DNA from: Nanobdellati archaeon
GTDB lineage: Archaea; B1Sed10-29; JAGVWA01
Assembly: GCA_018304505.1 (NCBI GenBank)
Contig: JAGVWA010000001.1
Location: forward strand, 1,537 to 65,536
Reading direction: 5' to 3'
DNA: 64,000 bases
Part shown: positions 36,142-47,136 of the stretch, in pieces
Layout: each line of letters opens with the position of its first letter
Numbering within the stretch: position 1 is the first letter of the stretch
Position numbers and translations under genes: made by a program
Notes under the pieces: generated by a model
Database searches by the model: none
What the model was told of the DNA's origin: nothing
Seen by the model: the letters and a program-made list of their open reading frames with translations, nothing else

Positions 36142-38320
36142 TCTCGCGGGCCTTCTTGTCGCCCATGTTCTCAATTGACTTGAGTTCCTGCTCTTGTGCA
36201 TTAAACACGTTTTGCACTGTACCGAATTTCTTCAGCAGTGACTTCGCCATCTGTGGACCAACAAGCGGAAGTGATTCAACGATGAACTGCAGTTGCTCAT
36301 TTTGTCCAAAGGCGCGCTTTTCGCCCTGCAGCCTGACTTCACGCTGCTGTTGCAGCTGTTCACGTTTCGCAATGAACGCGATCATCTCGGCAGTCTCTTT
36401 CACAGAATTGGTTTGGAAAACCGGAATGCCGAAGTCCACCATCAATGAAGTAAGGGCACCGCGTATGGCGTTGTCGTGAACATTACGTATTCCAAAGATC
36501 TCGCCTTCTACAATTATTATTGGCCGTTGGAAATTGCTTACCAGCTCCTGCGCCTGGTTAAAGATCCTGCCATTGATTATTGATGTGATGAAATCATTTC
36601 CTTCTTTCCTTTCAATCGCGACCCTGTCTGAGACTAAAAAATCAGCGACAGGCAACTGCTTTGCTTTTACACGAATGTCGGGAATTTCGGAGAGCTCCTT
36701 CAAGATGCCTGAAGCGCGCTCGCGTATGTCTGTATAGATTACCGCGATCTCTTTTTCAGGCTTGTCTTCCATGTACTCTGTAATCTTCTGTTGCGCCGTC
36801 GCGGTCTTGGCGTCCATTCCTTTTAGTATTGACTTCATTTTCTTCTCCTTGTTTACGCTGCTCCAGTAGTAGGCTTCGTCCTTGGTTCCCTTGGTTATGA
36901 AAATTATGACCTTGCCCGCCCTGTGCCTCGCGGTTCTTCCACTGCGCTGTATGCTCCGGATCTCTGAGGGCACAGGCTCATAAAACATTACCGTGTCGAC
37001 TTCAGGAAGGTCTAGGCCTTCTTCACCAACTGAAGTCGTTATAAGTATGCTGAATTCTCCTGCCCTAAATTTGTCGAGGATCTCTGCTTGTTTCTTCTGG
37101 GTAAAGCCCTTGTCATTTCCTCTGGTGGCCTGACCTATGAATTGGTGCGACTCTATGCCCTCTTTTTTCAGCAGATTTTCAAGATGCTTAGTCATGCCCC
37201 TGTAGTGAGCAAAGACAATTATTTTGTCTGCTGTTTCCAGTTCCTGTTTTGCTGTCTCGACTAAAGCCTTGATTTTGGGATGGTCCTGATTGTTGTTGTA
37301 AAGCCTGTCAACCAATACGCGCGCTTTTTGTATTTTCAGGTCCTCGAGTATCGCCTTGCTGGCCTTTGTCGTGTCATTCTCGAGCCTCTGGAAATATTCC
37401 CTCAATGGCTGTAGGCCTTGGGTTTCAAAGAGCTCCTTTGCGTGATTCATTTTCATCAGTGCCGCGGATACGGATAAGGCCTTATACGCATTCGGGTTCT
37501 TGTTCCTGATTTTTAGAAGATACTGCTGCAGTTTTAACAGGTCTGCCTTGTTGATGCCTCGCGTTTGGTAGTTCAAGGTTAGATTCATGTCCTTCAGTTG
37601 CGTGAACAGTTGAGTGATGTGCTCGTCAAACAGCCGCTGGATGTTCTTGAAGTCTTCTGGGAAGTCGATTTCTTTCCAAACAACGGTTTTGTCTTGCACG
37701 TACCCGATGACATCTTGGTCTTGCTCTGTTTTTATCTCGACGTTTTGGATGTAAAGGTTTGCACAGATCTCCTGGATTTTTTCCTTTGACGCGCCGGGAC
37801 TTGCTGTCAGGGCCAGAATAAATGGACGCTTGTTTTTCTTCAGATACGACTCAGCAATGTAAACATATGAGTAGCCCTGGACTGCCCTGTGCGCCTCGTC
37901 AAAAACGATTAATGCGACGTCCTTGAGGCTTATGTTGTCATTGTATACGTCATTCTCGATGCTCTGCGGCGTAGCGATAATTACCTGCTTCTGGTTCCAT
38001 AGCCCCTGGCGTAACCCTGGAGTTACTGCCCCCGTGAACGTTGCGAATTTATCCTCTGTCACGTTCAGGACTCGCTTGAGCGACTTTTCGTGCTGTAAAA
38101 CAAGTGGCTTTGTCGGCGCCAGCATCAGAATTTTTGACTCGGGGTTGTCTTTTAAAGTCTTGGCGATCACCATTGCCGCAATGTTCGTCTTGCCAAGCCC
38201 TGTTGGGGCCACGATCATTGTGTTCCCGTTTGTCAACGCGCTGGCTACTAGCACTTCCTGGTAGACCCTTGATTCGATTTCCCCATCCCGAATGTAGGGG
38301 TGCGTGATAAAATTCGCCAT
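36104..38320 (-). CDS. hef: Hef helicase-nuclease (FANCM/XPF-like)
   Basis: N-terminal SF2 helicase (APTGLGKT, FDEAHRA), C-terminal ERCC4 nuclease (VAIERKEGNDF) and HhH2. Confidence 0.9.
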   Translation of the reverse strand: MANFITHPYIRDGEIESRVYQEVLVASALTNGNTMIVAPTGLGKTNIAAMVIAKTLKDNPESKILMLAPTKPLVLQHEKSLKRVLNVTEDKFATFTGAVTPGLRQGLWNQKQVIIATPQSIENDVYNDNISLKDVALIVFDEAHRAVQGYSYVYIAESYLKKNKRPFILALTASPGASKEKIQEICANLYIQNVEIKTEQDQDVIGYVQDKTVVWKEIDFPEDFKNIQRLFDEHITQLFTQLKDMNLTLNYQTRGINKADLLKLQQYLLKIRNKNPNAYKALSVSAALMKMNHAKELFETQGLQPLREYFQRLENDTTKASKAILEDLKIQKARVLVDRLYNNNQDHPKIKALVETAKQELETADKIIVFAHYRGMTKHLENLLKKEGIESHQFIGQATRGNDKGFTQKKQAEILDKFRAGEFSILITTSVGEEGLDLPEVDTVMFYEPVPSEIRSIQRSGRTARHRAGKVIIFITKGTKDEAYYWSSVNKEKKMKSILKGMDAKTATAQQKITEYMEDKPEKEIAVIYTDIRERASGILKELSEIPDIRVKAKQLPVADFLVSDRVAIERKEGNDFITSIINGRIFNQAQELVSNFQRPIIIVEGEIFGIRNVHDNAIRGALTSLMVDFGIPVFQTNSVKETAEMIAFIAKREQLQQQREVRLQGEKRAFGQNEQLQFIVESLPLVGPQMAKSLLKKFGTVQNVFNAQEQELKSIENMGDKKAREIRKTLTRSYEVG

Positions 38321-38422
38321 GTGTTATAGTTTGTGTTGTTTGTACTATAAAGATTAGCCCCGTACCTTGCCCCATGCCCTGCCCGTGTCTTGTACACCCG
38401 TGGGCTGCGAGCGGTTACGAAC

Positions 38423-39607
38423 TTATGAGTAACTCTTGCCTTCTTCGCCAGGCGCTTCTTGCTCTCCGAGGACCTTGTCTATTGCGCTTTCGAAGTCCTT
38501 CTTCAACACGTGCGGCCTGTTGTTCCTAATAGCGAACATACCTGCCTCTGTGCATATCGATTTTATTTCAGCGCCATTAGCCTCCTGCGTTTGCTCGACG
38601 AGCCATGAATGCGGAACGCGTTTCGTATTCATTGGTTCGGTATGTATTCTGAAGATCTCGTGCCTTGCGCCCTCGTCAGGCAATGGAATTTCAATAATCC
38701 TGTCAAATCTTCCTGGCCGCAGAAGAGCAGGGTCTAAGATATCGATTCTGTTAGTGGCCCCGATTACGCGTACGTTGTCAGAGGAGTCGAAGCCGTCCAT
38801 TTCCGCCAGCAACTGCATCAAGGTCCGGTTTACTTCACGGTCGCCCCCTGTTGTTTCTTCCAATCTTTTTGTCGCCACGGCGTCGATCTCATCTATGAAA
38901 AGAACTGTTGGGGCCTTTTCCTTTGCGAGTGTGAAGACCTGCTTTACCAGCTTTGATCCCTCACCGATAAACTTCCTTACCAATTCGCTGCCCGTGAGCT
39001 TAATGAACGTGCCACCGATTTCGTTCGCAACAGCTTTTGCCAATAGCGTTTTTCCCGTTCCCGGCGGCCCGTAGAGCAGAACGCCCTTCGGTGCCTTGAT
39101 TCCAACTTTTTGGAACAACTCCGGCCGTGTTAGCGGGAGTTCTATGGTCTCCCTTATCTCGATAATTTGATCCTTCAAGCCCCCGATGTCTGCAAACTTG
39201 ATGTTGGGCTTTTCAATAACCTCTGCAGCTGTGATAAATGAGTCCTTTTCCGTAGGCAGTATTTCAATGATTGCAAGCGTGTGCTGGTTCAATCCAAGGC
39301 GTGCACCGATGTCGATTTTGTCATACAGCTCCATTGGCGTCTTGATCAGGAAATTGAGCCCATTCGGGTTTTTGACTATGAGCTTTTCGTCATCAAGCTT
39401 GTCAACTACCGTCGCTACCAATAGCGGTAAGGTCTTCAGCTTGTTTAACTCATTGCGTGCCGATTCTAAATGAGTCCTGAGCTGGACTGTGTTGCTCTCA
39501 GCTATCTTTTTCTCGAGCTCAAGCCGCTGCACCCTCTCCTCCAATTCAAAAACGTAGTCATTCAAGTCAAAGCTTGGCCTTCCCTCAGCTACCTTCACAT
39601 CTGCCAT
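38423..39607 (-). CDS. pan: proteasome-activating nucleotidase PAN (AAA+ ATPase)
   Basis: N-terminal coiled coil, Walker [12 protein letters not shown] core. Confidence 0.9.
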   Translation of the reverse strand: MADVKVAEGRPSFDLNDYVFELEERVQRLELEKKIAESNTVQLRTHLESARNELNKLKTLPLLVATVVDKLDDEKLIVKNPNGLNFLIKTPMELYDKIDIGARLGLNQHTLAIIEILPTEKDSFITAAEVIEKPNIKFADIGGLKDQIIEIRETIELPLTRPELFQKVGIKAPKGVLLYGPPGTGKTLLAKAVANEIGGTFIKLTGSELVRKFIGEGSKLVKQVFTLAKEKAPTVLFIDEIDAVATKRLEETTGGDREVNRTLMQLLAEMDGFDSSDNVRVIGATNRIDILDPALLRPGRFDRIIEIPLPDEGARHEIFRIHTEPMNTKRVPHSWLVEQTQEANGAEIKSICTEAGMFAIRNNRPHVLKKDFESAIDKVLGEQEAPGEEGKSYS

Positions 39608-39722
39608 TTTTGCACCTGTATATACTTTAAAAGGTGCTTATTAAAATACTTTGTGCTCAAAATTGACGATTTACGAATGACGCTACGTCAGTGACTGTAC
39701 CTTAGTGGCTGGTGGCTGTAAA

Positions 39723-41174
39723 TTAGCTTATCTTCTTGGCGATGTCAGAAATCTGTATGCGGCTCTGTTTTGTAGAATCGCGTTCCCTCAACGTGACCGT
39801 ACCGTCCTGCATCGTGTCGTAGTCAATCGTTATGCCGTAAGGCACTCCGACCTCGTCCGCTCGCGCGTACCTTCTTCCAATGCTGCCGGCTTCATCATAA
39901 ATTGCCTCGACGTGCTGCTTTCTTAATTCATTATAGACCTGCTGCGCTTTTTCTGCCAAGCCATCCTTCTTCACCAACGGGTATACCCCCACTGGATTTG
40001 GCGCAAGCGGTTTTGGCAAACTGAAGTATGTCCTGTCCTTCTCCGTGGTGTAAGACCGGTCCAGAAAGAAGAACAAGTTCCGATCGACGCCGAACGTCAT
40101 TTCAATCACATGCGGCACGAATTTCTTACCCTCTCTGTTGATGCTGAGCTCTTTTTTCGACTCGCGCGCGTGCCCTGTCAGGTCATGATCAGTACGGTAG
40201 TGCATTGCGCCGATTTCGCGGAAGTCATCAAAGCTCTCGAACCTGCCCTCGATGTCGATGTGGTACTTGTTGTAGAACGCCTTTTCATCCTGGTTTTTTT
40301 CATAAAACCTCAGGTCATCGTTTTTGACGCCGAGGGAATCATAAAACTCCTTGAACTTGGCGAGATAATACAGATATTTCTTAGCATAGCCTTTTTTCCG
40401 CAGTGCGTCGACCTTGACTTTCTGCGCCCCCTTGTCGCGTTTTTCAGAATCAACGAAATAGATTTCCGTGCCCTTTATGGCTTCATAATTATCGTGTTCA
40501 TCTAGTGTGTCAGGGTCAAAGAAAATCTGCAGCTCTGCCTGCGTAAATTCCCTCGTTCTGAAAAGCCCCTGGCGCGGACTTATCTCATTGCGATAGGCTT
40601 TGCCAACAATCGCAAGCCCCAACGGTAGTTTTTCGCGGTTGGCCAGGTACTCCCGCTTAAAACTCAGGTAAGGGCCCTGCGCAGTCTCTGGGCGCAGGTA
40701 TCCTCTGGTTTGCTTATTGCTGCCTACCTGGAAGTTGAACATCAGATTCAGATTTTCTATTTCCTTAAATGACGAACCGCACTGGGGGCACTTGGTTTTC
40801 TTATCGTGCATGTACTGATTCATTGCTTCTACAGGGGTGTTCTCAAAACTCCTTTTTTCAATCTTGCCAAGGAAATCGTCTGCCTTGTCATTGAAGTCAC
40901 ACTTGCTGCACTGCAACACCGGGTCTACGAAATTTTCCAAATGTCCTGATCCCCTGAAAACAGCTTCCGGCATGACATTTGTCACTTCAATCTCGTGGAA
41001 ATTGTCATCCAAGTTCAGGAAGTACGCCCTCCATTGGCGTTCTAGCTTGTGCTTTATTTTTGTTCCAATGACCCCGTAGTCGTAAAAGCCTGCAAAGCTG
41101 CCGTAGATCTCACCGCTGGGGTAGAATATTCCTCGCCTGAGACAGACCTGGATTATGTCATCGTACCTTGTCAT
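39723..41174 (-). CDS. glyS: glycyl-tRNA synthetase (archaeal/eukaryal class II type)
   Basis: Class II motifs including FRGSGHLENFVDP, the …FRTREFTQAELQIF… region, and an anticodon-binding C-terminal domain. Confidence 0.9.
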   Translation of the reverse strand: MTRYDDIIQVCLRRGIFYPSGEIYGSFAGFYDYGVIGTKIKHKLERQWRAYFLNLDDNFHEIEVTNVMPEAVFRGSGHLENFVDPVLQCSKCDFNDKADDFLGKIEKRSFENTPVEAMNQYMHDKKTKCPQCGSSFKEIENLNLMFNFQVGSNKQTRGYLRPETAQGPYLSFKREYLANREKLPLGLAIVGKAYRNEISPRQGLFRTREFTQAELQIFFDPDTLDEHDNYEAIKGTEIYFVDSEKRDKGAQKVKVDALRKKGYAKKYLYYLAKFKEFYDSLGVKNDDLRFYEKNQDEKAFYNKYHIDIEGRFESFDDFREIGAMHYRTDHDLTGHARESKKELSINREGKKFVPHVIEMTFGVDRNLFFFLDRSYTTEKDRTYFSLPKPLAPNPVGVYPLVKKDGLAEKAQQVYNELRKQHVEAIYDEAGSIGRRYARADEVGVPYGITIDYDTMQDGTVTLRERDSTKQSRIQISDIAKKIS

Positions 41175-41223
41175 GGCTTAGTTAGGAATAACTCTTATTA
41201 AAAAGAACTCCGTATTATATATC

Positions 41224-42138
41224 ATGGACTTGTACGACTACTTCAATTTCATGGACCTTAATAATGATGACAACATCATGGTTGTTGGGAATAATTCGAT
41301 GATCATCGCCGCATATCTGTATGGAAAGAGCCGCGAGATCAACAAACGCCTGTTCGTAAAAGCCGTGGTACCGCCTGAGAGCAGCATAGCCAACCTGATC
41401 GTGGCCAGATCAGAAGCTGAAAAATACCCCGAAAAGAGCACCATATTCGAGGGGTTTTCCAGAATAAGCGTCACCACTTCTGATTTTCTCAGTCTTGAAA
41501 ACGGCCAATTCAACAAGATCATATTAACAACAGACGTAAGCAACTGGCTAACCCTGATCGACAAGGTAAACGAGGTGTTCACAGGCGACATAATCCTGTT
41601 TGAGCTGCCGTTTAGTTATGCCATGCCGCTGAAAACCGAGAGGCGCTTCCTGTGGCAGAAGACGCATGATTACTATTCATTCAAGCAGGTGCTCGAAAAC
41701 TCAGGCGTCAAGGTCACATATTACGATGTGCATGAAGATAAACTCAGGATCGCTTGCGTGGGCGACTTTGACAAGGTCTTCAGAGAGGCCCAGTTCCTCA
41801 CACTGGGCGAGGCAGCCAAACGTGTCTATGAAGAAATCAAGAACGAGATCATGTTTGCAAAAGACGGCAGCGGCATGGCGATCAAAAGCCAAGATGGTGA
41901 ATACCTGTATGTTTGCGAGGTCAAGGACACACAGAACCGGCAGCTTACGATGAACTTTGTGTTCTTAGACGGCTCAATAACGACGCGCGCTGATGGCAAG
42001 GTGCTGCAACAGAGCAAAGAAATCAAGGTCGCGATTGTGCCGTACACGCAAACCTTTGAACGGGAAGTGCTCGACAGAACGCTCCTGATTATTGAAAAGA
42101 AAATGATCCCCTCCTTGTTTGCGGAACCAAAGAAATAA
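41224..42138 (+). CDS. hypothetical protein
   Basis: 304 aa, no confident motif. Confidence 0.35.
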   Translation: MDLYDYFNFMDLNNDDNIMVVGNNSMIIAAYLYGKSREINKRLFVKAVVPPESSIANLIVARSEAEKYPEKSTIFEGFSRISVTTSDFLSLENGQFNKIILTTDVSNWLTLIDKVNEVFTGDIILFELPFSYAMPLKTERRFLWQKTHDYYSFKQVLENSGVKVTYYDVHEDKLRIACVGDFDKVFREAQFLTLGEAAKRVYEEIKNEIMFAKDGSGMAIKSQDGEYLYVCEVKDTQNRQLTMNFVFLDGSITTRADGKVLQQSKEIKVAIVPYTQTFEREVLDRTLLIIEKKMIPSLFAEPKK

Positions 42139-42217
42139 ACACGAACATGAATACAACATAAAATACAAAAATGAATACAAAACACAATCCAAAAATAAAT
42201 ATAAACTAACTGCCCGC

Positions 42218-43240
42218 CTATTCGTTTGCTTGCGCTGTTTCTGCCGGAGCAACTCTCTTTTTCACTGCTGCGTAGTACGGCATTGGGTTGGGCCATCTGC
42301 ACGTTTTATCGCGATAACACAACCCGTAGGATTCGATGGTTCGGCAGTTTGCAACGCTGTACACCGTTCCTGATTTCTTGCCAGCAGCATGACGCAGATA
42401 GTAACGCGTTTTTTCCTCGTCAAAGTTAGGCTGTGACGCAAACAACTTTACACACTCGTCTTCTGGCATGCCGATGTTTGCCAGGAACGTTGCCAGAAGG
42501 AACCTGGGCTGATGGCTCACGATTTCATCGCTCTGCAAATCCTGAATAATGTGAACCATGCACGGCGGGAACGCCTCGTACTTGACTTCACCAAGGTCCT
42601 TCGAGTAGTCCTTCTGCCTCTGGAATTTGAGCTGGTCTGCAAAGTACTTGAATTCCTTTGGCAGGTCTTCGCTTTCCAGCTTCATCGAAACTATTGAGTT
42701 AAAAACGTGCTGCGCAACCAGATTTGAAAGCACGTACTTGTCAATAATAACGTGGCCTTGATGGAACTTCTGGTTTATGAGCCTAAACTGCTTGTCCTCG
42801 GGTACGTTGTTCAGGTACTCCTCGAATGGCACTGCCAAGCCGTCTTGCGTTTCTGTTACATGGAAAAACTGCCGGCTCATTTCCTCAACAACCCCGTAAT
42901 CCGGTTCTAGCTGTAAGGCGTGCAGGGCCTTTTTTGCTTCATACTTCCCAAGCTTTGTCAGTATGAATCGGTCCTTGGTGAGCGCGGCAATGATTTTCGC
43001 CAGCGGGTATGTCATCAATTCCTTTTTCAGAAATTCTTCTCGCGAATTGCCCAGCTCATTGTATTTAGCCTTCACCCGTTCTGAATCATCAGACATGGCC
43101 TCCTTGATGCGTTCTGTCGCCAGATTTAACAGGTCAAGGTCGACCTTCTCAAAATCCCGCCCATTGGCCTGAAGGTATTCCTTTGATTGCCGCGTAAAAG
43201 GATACTTCGCACAGTACCGCAAGTCTGCCACCGAGCCCAT
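42218..43240 (-). CDS. priL: DNA primase large subunit PriL
   Basis: Helical N-domain, and a C-terminal Fe-S domain with four Cys (PPCMVHI...C...CRTIESYGLCYRDKTC). Confidence 0.75.
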   Translation of the reverse strand: MGSVADLRYCAKYPFTRQSKEYLQANGRDFEKVDLDLLNLATERIKEAMSDDSERVKAKYNELGNSREEFLKKELMTYPLAKIIAALTKDRFILTKLGKYEAKKALHALQLEPDYGVVEEMSRQFFHVTETQDGLAVPFEEYLNNVPEDKQFRLINQKFHQGHVIIDKYVLSNLVAQHVFNSIVSMKLESEDLPKEFKYFADQLKFQRQKDYSKDLGEVKYEAFPPCMVHIIQDLQSDEIVSHQPRFLLATFLANIGMPEDECVKLFASQPNFDEEKTRYYLRHAAGKKSGTVYSVANCRTIESYGLCYRDKTCRWPNPMPYYAAVKKRVAPAETAQANE

Positions 43241-43302
43241 GCTACCCCTTGTGACTTTTGTTGAATAAAAACGTTTTAATATGCCTCCCTCATTGTACAA
43301 CC

Positions 43303-45144
43303 ATGGCCATAGAAGCAAGCTTCACCTTTTTGTTCAACATCGCAGCGATAATGATAGGCGCCACGATAGGCGCATACGTTACACGGCTAGCCAAGCAGCC
43401 GGTGATTCTCGGTTATGTGCTTGCAGGAGCCATCATGGGGCCATTAGCGTTAAATATTATCAGCAGCCAGGCAGAGATGCTAGCCCTGGCCGAACTCGGT
43501 ATTGCATTCCTGCTTTTCGGCGCCGGTATCGAAATCGATTTCGGGAAACTCAAAGGCGTTGGCCTTGTGTCATTCTTCGCAGCCCTACTACAAGTAATAT
43601 TCACGTTCGCTGCCGGTTTCTTTGCGTCAGCGAGCCTTGGCTTAAACATCATTGAAGCGCTATACATCGGCGGCATCCTGGCATTCAGCAGCACAATGGT
43701 CGTCATCAAAATCCTCGGCGACACGCACAGCATTAACAGCCTCCACGGCAGGCTGATGATCGGCATGCTCATTGCACAGGATCTCCTGATCATTGTTTTC
43801 ATCGCCCTAGTCACCAACATAGGCTCGCTTTCTCAACAAGTTGTAATTCAAACCATGCTTAACGGCCTTGGCTTAGTCGGGATCGCATTCATAGCCAACA
43901 AATTCATATTCCCGAGCCTGCTGAAATTCGCGGCCACGTCCGAAGAGCTCCTGTTCTTGACAGCTGTCGGCACTGCATTCATATTCATGGACATCGCCAG
44001 CTTCCTCGGCTTCAGCATCGCTATCGGCGCCTTCATCGCGGGAATTGCCCTGTCAGGATTTGAATACAACGTGGAAATTGATGGACAAATCAGGAGCCTG
44101 CGGGACTTTTTCTCGACAATCTTCTTCGTGGCCCTCGGCCTGCAGATAGGCCTGCTCAGTTCGGCATTCCTCAACCTGACATTGTGGTTCCTCATCATAG
44201 TACTCGTGTTCAAACCACTGATAACAGGTTTCATACTATACACCCTCGGCTATGACGGCAGAACAAGCACTTACACCGGTTTTGGCCTGTCTCAAGTTAG
44301 CGAGTTCTCGTTCATACTTGCCGCAACTGGGCTTGCCGCTGGCCAGCTCTCTCCAGACCTCTTCTCGATCATTACTATAGTAACCATAATCACGATCACG
44401 CTAACGCCATACTCCTTCCGGCACGGCTTGGCCCTATACAATATATTGTCATGGCCTAAGAGGACCCTGAAATTCGAAACCCCCTCATTTTTCAGGCGAA
44501 GAATGCCCCATGAAAAACTACCTGAAGCGCCATTGAAGAACCACATAATAATCCTGGGGTCAAAACGAATGGGGAACCGCATCATAGCAGCCCTACACGA
44601 GAAACTGCCAATGATTGTAGTCGACCACGACCCTGACAGGATCAACACGCTGGCAAAACAGGGTATTTACTGCATCTACGGAGACGTTTACAACGAACGG
44701 GTCATACAAAAAACCAACATACGTGACGCCATTGCAGTGATCTCAACTGTGCACGACAAGGAAATAACCGAATCAATAGTAAAGCTCATAAGGAAACAAA
44801 ACCAACACGCCATAATAATAGCACGCGCCGACCACACCAAAGACGCCGTAAAACTCTATGAACTCGGCTGCGACATAGCCTTCATTCCCGAACTCTACAC
44901 TGGCAGAAAAGTAGCGCAATACCTGTCAGAGATTTTCCTCGGGGAATTCGAAGCAAGAAGCAGGAATCAGATCAGGGACAAGCTGATCAAGAACCTCATC
45001 GACGCGCTTGACTTTAAACAAGACCGCCCGACACTGGAACAGCTGAAAAAAATCCAGGCACGGGACGAGGAACGGCAGAGGCACGCGAAAACCATGGCGT
45101 TTAAACGAAAACAAACCAAAACACGCCACAGCAAGAAAACTTAA
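43303..45144 (+). CDS. CPA2-family cation/proton antiporter with C-terminal RCK (TrkA-N) domain
   Basis: ~12 TM helices, then the Rossmann motif IIILGSKRMGNRIIAAL. Confidence 0.8.
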   Translation: MAIEASFTFLFNIAAIMIGATIGAYVTRLAKQPVILGYVLAGAIMGPLALNIISSQAEMLALAELGIAFLLFGAGIEIDFGKLKGVGLVSFFAALLQVIFTFAAGFFASASLGLNIIEALYIGGILAFSSTMVVIKILGDTHSINSLHGRLMIGMLIAQDLLIIVFIALVTNIGSLSQQVVIQTMLNGLGLVGIAFIANKFIFPSLLKFAATSEELLFLTAVGTAFIFMDIASFLGFSIAIGAFIAGIALSGFEYNVEIDGQIRSLRDFFSTIFFVALGLQIGLLSSAFLNLTLWFLIIVLVFKPLITGFILYTLGYDGRTSTYTGFGLSQVSEFSFILAATGLAAGQLSPDLFSIITIVTIITITLTPYSFRHGLALYNILSWPKRTLKFETPSFFRRRMPHEKLPEAPLKNHIIILGSKRMGNRIIAALHEKLPMIVVDHDPDRINTLAKQGIYCIYGDVYNERVIQKTNIRDAIAVISTVHDKEITESIVKLIRKQNQHAIIIARADHTKDAVKLYELGCDIAFIPELYTGRKVAQYLSEIFLGEFEARSRNQIRDKLIKNLIDALDFKQDRPTLEQLKKIQARDEERQRHAKTMAFKRKQTKTRHSKKT

Positions 45145-45161
45145 TATACAACACCCCCGTA

Positions 45162-45890
45162 TTGATTGGCATGGACAAGATTTCAAGTGGCATAACCGGT
45201 TTTGACGAGCTTACTGACGGCGGCTTCAACAAGAGCACAGTCACCGTCCTTGGAGGCACTCCCGGCACTGGAAAGACAATTTTCGGTCTGCAGTTCCTCG
45301 TAAACGGTGCCAAAAAAGGCGAAAAAGGAATTTACATCGCGCTCGAAGAGCGCATCGAAGATGTCCATGAGTTTACAGAAAGCTTTGGCTGGGATCTCAT
45401 AAGCCTGGCAAAAGACGACATGATAACGCTGCACCAGTACAAGATTTCATCACTCGAGGAAAAAATGTCGCTGGCACAGTACAAAAAAGCAGAACCCCCA
45501 ACGACAAAAGACATCTTCTACGCCCTGAAACAGGAACTCGACAGCAACAAATACGCGCGCGCTGTAATAGACTCTGTTTCACTGCTCAAACTCGCAGGGG
45601 ACTCTGAAAAGGAAACGCGGGCGGAACTCGCATCATTATTGAGGTACTTGAAACTGAAAAAACTCACTGTCGTTTTGATCGCCGAACGCTTGAGCAACGG
45701 CGACAATTACGACTTCGAGGACTTCCTCGCAGACTCAGTAATCCAATTACGGGACTATCCAAGCAACGAGGAACGCAAGCGCGGCATCACGGTTCTCAAA
45801 ATGAGGGGCAGCAAGATCGACAGGACCACACGCCCCTATTTCATTACCGACAAGGGAATCACGGTTTACCCAACAGAGCATTTGTTATGA
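45162..45890 (+). CDS. KaiC-like RecA-superfamily ATPase
   Basis: GFDELTDGGFNKSTVTVLGGTPGTGKTIFGLQF, a KaiC/RadA-type Walker A. Confidence 0.7.
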   Translation: MIGMDKISSGITGFDELTDGGFNKSTVTVLGGTPGTGKTIFGLQFLVNGAKKGEKGIYIALEERIEDVHEFTESFGWDLISLAKDDMITLHQYKISSLEEKMSLAQYKKAEPPTTKDIFYALKQELDSNKYARAVIDSVSLLKLAGDSEKETRAELASLLRYLKLKKLTVVLIAERLSNGDNYDFEDFLADSVIQLRDYPSNEERKRGITVLKMRGSKIDRTTRPYFITDKGITVYPTEHLL

Positions 45891-46339
45891 AACTCCTAGC
45901 AGATGCCATGCTCGCCAAACTGGGCCGCCGCCTGCGGATTCTGGGACACGACACAGACATAATGGACAGCGTCGTATCGGACACGCAAGTGTTGAACACA
46001 GCCAAGCGCGAACATCGATTGCTCATTACACGTGACAAACAGCTGCACGAGCGGGCACGGAAGGACAAGCTCTCGTCAATCCTCATTGCACCAAAAACAC
46101 TACAACCTCAGCTGAACCAAGCCTTCAGCGACCTGAAAATCCAGAACACATTTCCGGAAAACGCGCGCTGCAGCAACTGTAACGTAAAACTAAAAGAAAC
46201 CGAGAGGCCAGAACTTGGGATTCCTATTCCATCAAAACGGTACTGGCAGTGCCCAAAGTGCAAGCAGTACTACTGGCAGGGCACGCATTACGAAAAAATA
46301 GAAAAAGCATTTAAGGAAGCTGAGGCCAAAGGAAAGTGA
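45887..46339 (+). CDS. Mut7-C RNase-domain protein (PIN-like plus zinc ribbon)
   Basis: MKLLADAMLAKLGRRLRILGHDT... with C-terminal CSNC...CPKC. Confidence 0.65.
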   Translation: MKLLADAMLAKLGRRLRILGHDTDIMDSVVSDTQVLNTAKREHRLLITRDKQLHERARKDKLSSILIAPKTLQPQLNQAFSDLKIQNTFPENARCSNCNVKLKETERPELGIPIPSKRYWQCPKCKQYYWQGTHYEKIEKAFKEAEAKGK

Positions 46340-46594
46340 ATGGAACCCACAAGTGAACTCACAGATGCCGACATCTCAGTACTGGAAAACATCAAAGATG
46401 GAAACAACGAGTTAAAAACAATACAGAAAATCCTCAACTTGGATTTTGAAGAAGCCGCCGACCTTGTAAACAACTTGGAAGCACAGGACTTTATCGACGT
46501 TGTTCGATATTACGACGACCACTACGACGATGAATTTTGGACGTGCCACCTGACGCAAACGGCCTTAGATGCGCTCAAGCTGATTAGCGAGTGA
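46340..46594 (+). CDS. hypothetical small acidic protein
   Basis: 84 aa, translationally coupled to the Mut7-C gene. Confidence 0.3.
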   Translation: MEPTSELTDADISVLENIKDGNNELKTIQKILNLDFEEAADLVNNLEAQDFIDVVRYYDDHYDDEFWTCHLTQTALDALKLISE

Positions 46595-47099
46595 CCCACT
46601 TGTCATCCATAATGCCCACGTCCTTGTTGACCTTGCGCGCCATCATGAACAGCAAGTCACTAATGCGGTTAAGGAACTTCACCGCATCGGGATTCACTTT
46701 TTCTTCACGCGCCAATGAAGTGACAGTGCGTTCAACCCGCCTGGAAACGCAGCGCGCAAAGTGAAACATCGCACCCGGCCCCTCGGGGAAAATGAAATTC
46801 TTCAGCTCCGGCAGCCCTGCAGCCAGTTCATCAATCTTCTTCTCAGCCCAGTCAACATCCTCGCCTGTTATGCGCGCTTCTGAATCTGGCTTGGAAATTT
46901 CAGCGCTCAGCTCGAAAAGTTTTTCCTGCAGTTCGTGCAGTGTTTGCTTGTCATGATACTGATTGCCAGCGACGCCGAGCACTGATGAGAGCTCGTCAAC
47001 GTCCCCATAAGCGTGAATCCGCAAGGAATCCTTCGGTACCCTAACGCCGCCGATGAGGCTCGTTTCACCTTTATCGCCGGTTTTTGTGTAAATCTTCAT
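46584..47099 (-). CDS. ATP:cob(I)alamin adenosyltransferase, PduO type
   Basis: MKIYTKTGDKGETSLIGGVRVPKDSLRIHAYGDVDEL matches the PduO/MMAB N-terminal signature. Confidence 0.85.
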   Translation of the reverse strand: MKIYTKTGDKGETSLIGGVRVPKDSLRIHAYGDVDELSSVLGVAGNQYHDKQTLHELQEKLFELSAEISKPDSEARITGEDVDWAEKKIDELAAGLPELKNFIFPEGPGAMFHFARCVSRRVERTVTSLAREEKVNPDAVKFLNRISDLLFMMARKVNKDVGIMDDKWVTR

Positions 47100-47120
47100 G
47101 TGTATATTTAGAGCGCCATA

Positions 47121-47132
47121 AGTTTAAATAAA
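47121..47132 (+). promoter_or_regulatory. TATA-box-like element upstream of rbcL (divergent from PduO gene)
   Basis: gtttaaataaac sits in the 37-bp intergenic gap between the two genes. Confidence 0.4.
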
Positions 47133-47136
47133 CAAC

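Noticed and set aside
42139-42217. A-rich degenerate tandem motif (atgaatacaa...) between convergent genes, considered as a repeat element
   Set aside because: It is short and low-complexity. It is most simply the intergenic terminator region of two convergent transcripts.
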